Positions 15,694 through 22,494 of a DNA stretch of 22,494 nucleotides are shown in pieces; positions within the stretch are counted from its first letter, which is position 1, and each line of letters opens with the position of its first letter. The notes under the pieces are model-generated. The model saw nothing but the letters and a program-made list of their open reading frames with translations, was not told the DNA's origin and did not search any database. Source of the stretch: Candidatus Eiseniibacteriota bacterium (GTDB lineage Bacteria; Eisenbacteria; RBG-16-71-46); NCBI GenBank assembly GCA_041483195.1, contig JBGPFC010000050.1, positions 1 through 22,494 on the forward strand, read 5' to 3'. The translations under genes were made by a program, and so were the position numbers.

Positions 15694-16950
15694 TCAACGC
15701 CGCTCCGCCTCGTGCTGCAGGCTGTCGGATGCGAACAGCGCGCGCAGTGAGTCGGGCGCGCCCGCGCGCAGGGTGGCGATCAATTGCCGCGACCGCGCGC
15801 GTCCCACCGAGTCGGGAAACAGCGTGGCGGCGCGGCGGAACGCATCGAGCGCGCCGCGCTTGTCGCCGGATGCGTCGAGCGCGACCCCGTGCATGAGACG
15901 CGCGTCGCCCGAGCGCGGCGCGAGGCGCACCGCCTCGCGCGCGATCTCGAGCGCTGCGTCGGCGCGCCCCTCGCCGACGAAGAACTGGATGGCCTGGAGC
16001 CGCGCCTCGAGATCGCCGGGGCTCGCGCGCAGCCAGCGCTTGAAAGCTGGGCCCGCCTCGCGCGCGCGCCCGAGCGCGACCAGCATCTGCGCCTCGCCGC
16101 GGATCGCGAGCGCGAGGCTCGAGTCGCGCCGCTCGGCCTCGCGGTACGCCGCGAGCGCCGCCTCCGATCGCTGCGCGCGCCGCTCGAGGTTTCCGAGGTT
16201 GAGCCACACCCCCGCGTCCTTCGGGTCCATCGCCATCGCGCGCCGGTACTCCGCGCGGGCCTCGCGCTCGCGGCCGAGCCCGGCGAGCGCCGCGCCCAGG
16301 TCGCGGTGCTCGGAGGCGCGTGCGGGGCCGAGCGCGAGCGCGCGTCGCAGCGCGGTCTCGGCGTCCTGCGCGCGCCCCGCCATGAGATAGGCGTAACCGA
16401 GCGCGCTCCACGCCTCGTCGTCCAGCGGACGCTTGCGCGCGAGCAGCTCGAGCTGCCGCACCGCGTCGCCGGTGCGGCCGATCTGCGCGAGCGCGATGCC
16501 CAGCTCGCGCGCCGCGTCCGCGTCGCCCGGAGAGCGCGTGACCTCGGCGAGCAGCAGGCGCACCGCGCGTTGCGGCTCGCCGAGCTGGAGGTAGATGTGC
16601 CCCATCCGGTAGCCGATGCCGGTGAGCGTGGTGTCGAGCGTCCACGCGCTGTGGTAGGCGGCGATCGCGGTCGTCAGCTCGCCGCGCGCTTCCATGTCGC
16701 GCCCCATCGCGAGAAACAGCCGCGCCCGCGCCTGCGGCGTGTTCAGCGTGTCGATCGGCTCCATCCGCCCGGGAATCAGGATCGGCGCGGGATCGCGCTC
16801 GGCGGGGTAGCTGTCGGGCACGGACGGCACGAACAGCCTGGGGCCGGGGGCGGGTCGAGGCGGAGCGCCTACGCCCGCGCCGGAGGTGACGCGCGCCGCG
16901 AGCGCGGCAGCGCACAGCAGGACCAGCACCAACGCGCGCGACGACTTCAA
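15694..16950 (-). CDS. Exported tetratricopeptide repeat protein
   Basis: GGAGG-N7-TTG start; signal-like MKSSRALVLVLLCAAALAA; multiple TPRs (AWSALGYAYLMAGRAQDAETALRRALALGP, VWLNLGNL). Confidence 0.85.
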   Translation of the reverse strand: MKSSRALVLVLLCAAALAARVTSGAGVGAPPRPAPGPRLFVPSVPDSYPAERDPAPILIPGRMEPIDTLNTPQARARLFLAMGRDMEARGELTTAIAAYHSAWTLDTTLTGIGYRMGHIYLQLGEPQRAVRLLLAEVTRSPGDADAARELGIALAQIGRTGDAVRQLELLARKRPLDDEAWSALGYAYLMAGRAQDAETALRRALALGPARASEHRDLGAALAGLGREREARAEYRRAMAMDPKDAGVWLNLGNLERRAQRSEAALAAYREAERRDSSLALAIRGEAQMLVALGRAREAGPAFKRWLRASPGDLEARLQAIQFFVGEGRADAALEIAREAVRLAPRSGDARLMHGVALDASGDKRGALDAFRRAATLFPDSVGRARSRQLIATLRAGAPDSLRALFASDSLQHEAERR

Positions 16951-16982
16951 TCGACGACCTCCATGGCCCGGATCGGAACTGA

Positions 16983-17047
16983 ACAGTATTGAGGAGCGTC
17001 GCGAGGGGGTCAATCGCCGCGCACCCTCCCGGCCGCTGTGCTACCGT
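16983..17047. promoter_or_regulatory. Divergent promoter region (TPR operon / MprF-like gene)
   Basis: Minus strand TTGACC...AATACTGT; plus strand extended -10 TGcTACCGT, 12 nt before ATG 17060. Confidence 0.4.
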
Positions 17048-17059
17048 TCCCGGCCGCAC

Positions 17060-18868
17060 ATGAAGCGAACCGTCGTACGGCACCTGCTCGCCCTCGCCGT
17101 GGCGGCGATGGGCGTGATCGACCTGCTCTCCGCGCTGCTGTCGCACCCCTCCGACCGGCTGCTCGCGCTGCGCCACCTGGTGCCGACCGACGTGCTCGAC
17201 ACCAGTCGCTCGTTCACGCTGCTCGCGGGGACCCTGCTGCTGATCACGGCGTGGGGGCTGCGCCGCGGCAAGCGCCGCGCCTTCGTCGGCGCGCTCTTCC
17301 TGTGCGCGCTCTCGGTGCCGGTGAACCTGCTCAAGGCTTTCGATTTCGAGGAAGCCACCGTCGCCGCCGGCCTCATGTTCTTCCTCGGCATGGCCGGCAA
17401 CGCGTTCCAGGTCAAGAGCCGCGAGCTGTCGCTGCGCGCGCTCCGGCCGGGCGCGCTGGCGATGGTGATCGGGCTCGCGATCTACGCGGTCGGCGGGTGC
17501 TGGGTGATCGAATCCATCTACAGCGTGCACGATCCTTCGATGGCACGCGCATTCGCAGAGGCGCTCTACCAGCTGTTCGGCGTCGGCGATCCCACGCTGC
17601 TCGTGCCGCGCGAGCACTGGGCGGTGCGCTGGTTCCTGGGATCGATCAGCGTCATGAGCTTCACCATGCTCTTCGTGCTCGCGGTCGCGTCGCTCCGGCC
17701 GGCGGTGCATCGCGGCCGCCATCGCACGGAGGCGGCGCGCGTGGCGGAGCTGCTCCGCCAGTACGGCGAGAGCACGGTGTCGTCCTTCGCGCTCGGCGAC
17801 GACGTCGATTACTTCTTCAGCGAGAACGGCCGCGCGGTGATCGCCTACCGCTTCGAGTCGGGGACGCTGCTCGCGATCGGCGATCCGATCGGGCCGGCCG
17901 AGGAGATGCCGGCGCTGCTCGACGCGTTCGAGCGCTTCTGCGTCGAGCACGACTGGCTGTTCGCCTTCTATCAGGCGCGCCCCGAGCGTCTGGATTTCTA
18001 CCGCCGCCGCGGATGGCGGGCGGTGCACATCGGCGAGGATCCGGTGATCCTCCCGGATCGATTCACGCTCGAGGGCTCAGCGGTGGCGTCCACGCGGCGC
18101 GCCGTGCGCAAGCTCGAGCGCGACGGCATCGAGGCGCGCATGTTCGTTCCCGGCGACAACCCGTTCGATCCCGCGAACGACCCGGACGGGCTGCTCGATC
18201 AGATGCGCGAGATCTCGTCCGAATGGCTGCGCGCGCATCACGGCGGCGAGAAGGGCTTCTGCATGGGCCGCTTCGATCCCCACCATCTGCCCGAAGTGTG
18301 GCTCGCGGTCGCGTACCACCCCGTCGCGCGACGGGTCGAGGCGTTCTGCTCGTGGGTTCCGATCTGGGGGCGGCGAGGGTGGGCGATCGATCTCATGCGG
18401 CGGCGCGCGGACAGCGTCCCGGGCGTCACGGAGTTTCTGGTGGTCAAGTCGGTCGAGAAGGCGCGCGAGCGCGGCGACGCGCTGATGTCGCTCTCGCTGT
18501 CGGCGCTCGCCAAGGTGGACGAGGAGGAGCCGGCCGCCCTCGAGACCCCGCAGGTGGCCGCAGCGCCGGCGATCGCGGCCCAGGCCGATGCGCCGCCCGT
18601 CGCCCCGGCCCCCGCCCCGGCGCCCCGCCCCGTCGCGTTGATGGAGGGCGCCATCACCGACGATCGCGCGCGCGAGTTCCTGATGGAGCGGCTCGGCCGC
18701 TTCTACGATTTCAAGGGCCTGTTCCGCTGGAAAAAGAAGTTCGATCCGTCCTTCGAGGACCGATACCTCATCTATCCCGAGCCGCTCGCGCTCCCGCGCA
18801 TCGCGCTGGCGCTGGTGCGAGCGAACAGCCCGGGCGGGCTGGTGACCTACTTCCGGCGCGCGGCGTAG
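17060..18868 (+). CDS. Aminoacyl-phosphatidylglycerol synthase-like protein (MprF C-terminal/DUF2156 domain, LysX-like TM region)
   Basis: N-terminal TMs (GLRRGKRRAF, LLKAFDFEEA), DYFFS, LAIGDPIG, HIGEDPVI, EKGFCMGRF, AIDLMRR, FYDFKGLFRWKKKFDPSFEDRYL. Confidence 0.9.
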   Translation: MKRTVVRHLLALAVAAMGVIDLLSALLSHPSDRLLALRHLVPTDVLDTSRSFTLLAGTLLLITAWGLRRGKRRAFVGALFLCALSVPVNLLKAFDFEEATVAAGLMFFLGMAGNAFQVKSRELSLRALRPGALAMVIGLAIYAVGGCWVIESIYSVHDPSMARAFAEALYQLFGVGDPTLLVPREHWAVRWFLGSISVMSFTMLFVLAVASLRPAVHRGRHRTEAARVAELLRQYGESTVSSFALGDDVDYFFSENGRAVIAYRFESGTLLAIGDPIGPAEEMPALLDAFERFCVEHDWLFAFYQARPERLDFYRRRGWRAVHIGEDPVILPDRFTLEGSAVASTRRAVRKLERDGIEARMFVPGDNPFDPANDPDGLLDQMREISSEWLRAHHGGEKGFCMGRFDPHHLPEVWLAVAYHPVARRVEAFCSWVPIWGRRGWAIDLMRRRADSVPGVTEFLVVKSVEKARERGDALMSLSLSALAKVDEEEPAALETPQVAAAPAIAAQADAPPVAPAPAPAPRPVALMEGAITDDRAREFLMERLGRFYDFKGLFRWKKKFDPSFEDRYLIYPEPLALPRIALALVRANSPGGLVTYFRRAA

Positions 18869-18893
18869 CGAGGCCGCGCGGGAGACGCGCTTC

Positions 18894-19055
18894 ATGAAAG
18901 GCATGCTCTCGATGTGCGCGGGGCTGCTGGGCGGGTGGATCGGCTGGGGGATCGGCGCGCGTTTCGGGTTCACGACGGGCTTCATCGTGAGCCTGATCGG
19001 CTCGGGCCTCGCCGTGTACTTCGCCAACCGCCTCAGCAAGCACTACCTGGGCTGA
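18894..19055 (+). CDS. Small (53 aa) glycine-rich two-helix membrane protein, absent from the ORF track
   Basis: MKGMLSMCAGLLGGWIGWGIGARFGFTTGFIVSLIGSGLAVYFANRLSKHYLG*; GGGAG RBS upstream; GC3-rich codons; followed by a terminator. Confidence 0.8.
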   Translation: MKGMLSMCAGLLGGWIGWGIGARFGFTTGFIVSLIGSGLAVYFANRLSKHYLG

Positions 19056-19082
19056 TGCGCGGGGGCACGCTCCCGGCCACGA

Positions 19083-19122
19083 CGAAGCCCCGCGATCTCG
19101 CGGCCGCGGGGCTTCGCTCTTT
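19083..19122 (+). terminator. Intrinsic terminator between convergent genes
   Basis: CGAAGCCCCGCG (19083-19094) / CGCGGGGCTTCG (19105-19116) 12-bp stem followed by CTCTTT. Confidence 0.75.
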
Positions 19123-19155
19123 CGGTTGCCGCGCGACGAGCGCCGCGCTTCGAGC

Positions 19156-19962
19156 CTACTTGCCGCTGAAGTTCGCCTTGCGCTTCTCGACGTAGGCGCT
19201 CAGGCCTTCCTTCGCGTCGTCGCTCTGGAAAAGCTGCTGCTGCAGCTCGCGCTCGATCGCGAGCGCGCTCTCGAACGGCACCTCGGCCCCGCTCTGCACC
19301 GAGCGCTTGATGCGGCCCACCGCCTTCGACGCGCGGTTCGGCGGGCAGAACTGCTCAGCATACTTCTGGATCTTTTCGATGAACTCGTCGGCGGTGGCCG
19401 TCTCCCAGATCTGGTTCACGATGCCGAGCGACAGCGCCTTCTCGAAGTCGAAGGTTTCGCCGGTCACCATCAGCTCGATCGCGGTGGACTTGTTCACGAG
19501 CCGCGCGAGCCGCTGCGTGCCGCCGGTGCCAGGCAGCACGCCCAGCGACACCTCGGGGAGCCCGCACTTGCCTGCGCCCTTGCGCGCGATGCGGAGGTCG
19601 GCCGCCATCGCGATCTCGAGCCCGCCGCCCACCGTGTGGCCGTTGAGCGCGGCGATCACCAGCTTGGGCGTCTGCTCGAGACGGTTGAGCGTCTCGTTCG
19701 CGTGGAGGCAGAAGTAGTACTTGAAGACCGGGTTCACGGTCTTGAGCATGTTGATGTTCGCGCCGGCGCAGAAGAACTTCTCCCCCGCCCCGCGCAGCAC
19801 GACGACGTGCACGGTCTCGTCGAAGCGCGCCTGCAGAATGGCGTCGTCGAGATCGCGCATCATCTCGTAGGTGTAGGTGTTGGCCGGCGGATCGGTGAGC
19901 TCGATCCAGGCGACGCCGTTCTTCACGCGGTAGTCGACGAGCTTGGTCTTGGTGGCTTCCAT
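19156..19962 (-). CDS. Enoyl-CoA hydratase/isomerase (crotonase) family protein
   Basis: FFCAGANI, IAALNGHTVGGGLEIAMAADLRIA, GLPEVSLGVLPGTGGTQRLARL, DAKEGLSAYVEKRKANF. Confidence 0.95.
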   Translation of the reverse strand: MEATKTKLVDYRVKNGVAWIELTDPPANTYTYEMMRDLDDAILQARFDETVHVVVLRGAGEKFFCAGANINMLKTVNPVFKYYFCLHANETLNRLEQTPKLVIAALNGHTVGGGLEIAMAADLRIARKGAGKCGLPEVSLGVLPGTGGTQRLARLVNKSTAIELMVTGETFDFEKALSLGIVNQIWETATADEFIEKIQKYAEQFCPPNRASKAVGRIKRSVQSGAEVPFESALAIERELQQQLFQSDDAKEGLSAYVEKRKANFSGK

Positions 19963-20048
19963 GTGAGTGATCTCCGGTGGAGGGTCGGTCCGAGAGCCGG
20001 CGCCTCCCGTGGAGGCCGCGGGCGAATGAATGCGTCGAAGGAGCGCGG

Positions 20049-20078
20049 ATTATAGGGAGGCGCGGCGACGAGCGTCAA
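20049..20078 (-). promoter_or_regulatory. Near-consensus sigma70 promoter of the crotonase gene
   Basis: TTGACG-N18-TATAAT. Confidence 0.7.
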
Positions 20079-20128
20079 CGCGGCGTGTGCCGCGTGCGCG
20101 GAGCCCGGACGCGTGCGAGAATCCGCGC

Positions 20129-21016
20129 ATGATCTCCCGCCTCGCCCGATCGCCCTTGCGGGTCGCCCGCCTGGCCCTGGTCGCGATCGCCCTGCCGCTC
20201 GCCGCGGCGGGCGCGGAGGCTCCGCGCGGGACGATCGCCTCGTACAAGATGGCGGCGCCATCGCTTCACGACCCGCAACGCAGCGTGCGCGTGTACCTGC
20301 CCGCCTCGTACGCCCGGGCGGGCGGCCTTCGCTACCCGGTCGTGTTCCTGCTCCACGGCTGGCCGGGTGGGGACGGCAACTGGCCGGGCAGCGGCCGGGC
20401 GGGCGACATGCTCGATTCGCTGTCCACGAGCGGACGCATCCCCGAGGTGATCGCGGTGATGCCGAACGCGAGCGGTCCGGGGTTGCTCGGACGCTCGATG
20501 TACCTCAACTCGTACGACGGCGCCTCGCGCATGGCGGACTTCATCGTGCGCGACCTGGTCGCGTGGGTGGACAGCACGTTTCGCACGCGGCGCGAGCCGC
20601 GCTATCGCGGGCTGATCGGCCTGTCGGAGGGCGGAAGCGCCGCCGTGAATCTCGCCTTCCAGCACCCCGACGTGTTCGGCGCGTGCGGATCGCACAGCGG
20701 GGACTTCCGGCTGAGCCAGGGCATGGGTGAGGGCAGGATCCTGGGACCCGACCCCGGCGCGAGCCGCATCCTCGCCGAGAACAGCCCGCTCGATTACGTG
20801 GAGCGCATCGCCCCCCGGCTGAAGGGGCTGTCCATCTACTTCGACTGCGGCCGCGACGACGGCGACGAGATGAAGGACAACCGCGAGCTGCACGACAAGC
20901 TCACGGCGCTCGGCCTGCCGCACACCTTCAACGAATTCCCGGGCGGACACACCTGGGGCTACTGGCGATCACACCTGCACGAATCGCTGATCGCGGTCAC
21001 CGCGAACATGCGGTAA
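20129..21016 (+). CDS. Exported alpha/beta-hydrolase, putative esterase (antigen 85/Fes-like family)
   Basis: Signal peptide; VYLPASY, YPVVFLLHG, nucleophile elbow GLSEGG, YFDCGRDD, PGGHTWGYW. Confidence 0.9.
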   Translation: MISRLARSPLRVARLALVAIALPLAAAGAEAPRGTIASYKMAAPSLHDPQRSVRVYLPASYARAGGLRYPVVFLLHGWPGGDGNWPGSGRAGDMLDSLSTSGRIPEVIAVMPNASGPGLLGRSMYLNSYDGASRMADFIVRDLVAWVDSTFRTRREPRYRGLIGLSEGGSAAVNLAFQHPDVFGACGSHSGDFRLSQGMGEGRILGPDPGASRILAENSPLDYVERIAPRLKGLSIYFDCGRDDGDEMKDNRELHDKLTALGLPHTFNEFPGGHTWGYWRSHLHESLIAVTANMR

Positions 21017-21103
21017 GTGCCAGCGGCCGCGGCCGGTTGGCCCGGGGCCCGAGGGCCGATCGGCGAGCCTCGAAAAATGATCTTGCACCATGGTCCGTTC
21101 TGA

Positions 21104-21125
21104 TTCATCGTAGATTGCCGATGAA
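21104..21125. promoter_or_regulatory. Probable ArsR operator overlapping the promoter
   Basis: Inverted repeat TTCATCG-N8-CGATGAA upstream of arsR; TTGCAC -35-like element at 21083-21088. Confidence 0.65.
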
Positions 21126-21161
21126 CGATAGGTCAGACGCACGCGAACCCGTGGAGAACCC

Positions 21162-21506
21162 ATGAGCCCCACGCAACAGGCCCGGGCCCCGGTCCGGAAA
21201 GGCCGGCGGAACTCACCCGCCGCCCCGCCGGACCCATCTCCCACCGACGTCGCCCTCGCGCGGCTCGCGAAGGCGCTCGGGCATCCCACCCGCGTCACGA
21301 TCGTGCGCATGCTGTCCGCGCAGGGGGTGTGCAACTGCGGCGACATCGTGTGCCAGCTCCCGCTGGCGCAGGCCACGGTCTCGCAGCACCTCAAGGTGCT
21401 CAAGGACGCGGGGCTGGTGCAGGGCGAGATCGACGGGCCACGCGTGTGTTACTGCATCCATCCCGAAACCGTGAAGAAGCTCAAGGCGCTGGTCGGAGCG
21501 CTGTGA
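21162..21506 (+). CDS. arsR: ArsR/SmtB family metalloregulator
   Basis: [45 protein letters not shown]; directly upstream of arsM. Confidence 0.92.
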   Translation: MSPTQQARAPVRKGRRNSPAAPPDPSPTDVALARLAKALGHPTRVTIVRMLSAQGVCNCGDIVCQLPLAQATVSQHLKVLKDAGLVQGEIDGPRVCYCIHPETVKKLKALVGAL

Positions 21507-21531
21507 CCGGCATGACGAGGAGAACGCAGCC

Positions 21532-22356
21532 ATGAACGATTCCAGAAGCAGGGAGCCCGAGATCATCCTGACCGCTGACGTGGACGTGCGCCCGATCGTG
21601 CGCGAGAAGTACGGCGCGATCGCCGAGGGCAAGTCGTCGGGATGCTGCGGCGACGGCTGCGGGTGCGGCTCGGGCGAGACCGACGTGCTCACCGCGATCG
21701 GCTACAGCGCCGATCAGGCCGCGGCGATTCCGGATGGCGCGAACCTGGGCCTGGGCTGCGGCAACCCGCTCGCGTGGGCCGAGGTGAAGGCGGGTGAGAC
21801 CGTGCTCGATCTGGGTTCTGGCGCCGGCATCGACTGCTTCCTCGCGGCCCGCGAGGTGGGCCCGGGCGGGCACGTGATCGGCGTGGACATGACGCCGGCC
21901 ATGATCGAGAAGGCGCGCGCGAACGCGGCGAAGAGCGGGGTCTCCAACGTGGAGTTCCGTCTCGGCGAGATCGAGCACCTGCCGGTCCCGGACGCGAGCG
22001 TGGACCTCGTCATCTCGAACTGCGTCGTCAACCTCTCGCCATTCAAGGACCAGGTGTTCCGCGAGGCGCACCGCGCGCTCAAGTCCGGCGGCCGGATGCT
22101 GGTGAGCGACCTGGTGCTCACCCGCACGCTCGCGCCGGAGCTGCGCCAGCGGGTAGATCTACTGGTGGGCTGCGTCGCCGGAGCCTCGCTCAAGGACGAC
22201 TACCTGCGCCTCATGCGCGAGGCGGGCTTCACCGGCGTCGAGGTGGTGAGCGAGAGCGGTTACGACGTTGGCGTCTCGGGCCTCGCGGAGGGCAGCCCCG
22301 AGCGCGAGGCGTTCGCGGCGGTGCGCTCTGTGAAAGTGCGGGCGCGGAAGAAGTAG
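21532..22356 (+). CDS. arsM: Arsenite S-adenosylmethionine methyltransferase
   Basis: N-terminal CC, GLGCGNP, VLDLGSGAGID, GVDMTPAM, ISNCVVNL, GCVAGA (conserved Cys present); GAGGAG RBS. Confidence 0.93.
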   Translation: MNDSRSREPEIILTADVDVRPIVREKYGAIAEGKSSGCCGDGCGCGSGETDVLTAIGYSADQAAAIPDGANLGLGCGNPLAWAEVKAGETVLDLGSGAGIDCFLAAREVGPGGHVIGVDMTPAMIEKARANAAKSGVSNVEFRLGEIEHLPVPDASVDLVISNCVVNLSPFKDQVFREAHRALKSGGRMLVSDLVLTRTLAPELRQRVDLLVGCVAGASLKDDYLRLMREAGFTGVEVVSESGYDVGVSGLAEGSPEREAFAAVRSVKVRARKK

Positions 22357-22494
22357 GTTGTGCTGCGAGGAATGGGTCCGCGGTGGGAACTCGCGGTCGC
22401 GAGCGGGCGTCCACCGCTTCAATCGGCGTAGCGCAGGCGGTGGGTGCGGCCGCGCGGGATGCGGCGGGTGGGGATCGCTCCCCGGTAGTAGCGC

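Noticed and set aside
12145..18028. Very long alternative-frame ORFs (884, 940 and 821 aa, and similar ones elsewhere such as 7141-9126)
   Set aside because: Arg/Ala/Gly-rich shadow frames of real genes, expected in high-GC DNA where stops are rare; no recognisable motifs.
22357..22494. Sequence after arsM
   Set aside because: Too short and truncated by the window edge to assign a gene or terminator.

Overview
Very GC-rich bacterial DNA. The C-terminal FlgD-type Ig domain on a repeat protein and the gene content are compatible with a lineage such as Candidatus Eisenbacteria (inference only). The left ~2 kb is visibly less GC-rich and carries an FG-GAP/VCBS repeat protein that looks 5'-truncated at a CTAG next to a possible IS end. 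The rest is densely coding: moaD-GNAT-moaE; a CPBP protease and a frameshifted SAM methyltransferase; tryptophanase-MBL hydrolase-APC permease; a redox block (sod-bcp-Lon N-domain, a Cys-rich membrane protein, an AhpD-like protein lacking its CxxC); TPR-ispH-degenerate LigB-like dioxygenase-GT4; an MprF/LysX-type aminoacyltransferase plus a 53-aa membrane protein; an enoyl-CoA hydratase; an exported esterase; and arsR-arsM. The most interesting signal is the 8773-9228 intergenic region. It appears to be a self-contained ~365-nt + strand transcription unit with a sigma70-like promoter, many long helices with strand-specific G-U pairs, and an intrinsic terminator, and I cannot match it to a housekeeping RNA. 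Other notable points are two apparent pseudo-enzymes and a recurring leaderless-promoter architecture. All calls are from motif recognition by eye; no searches were run.
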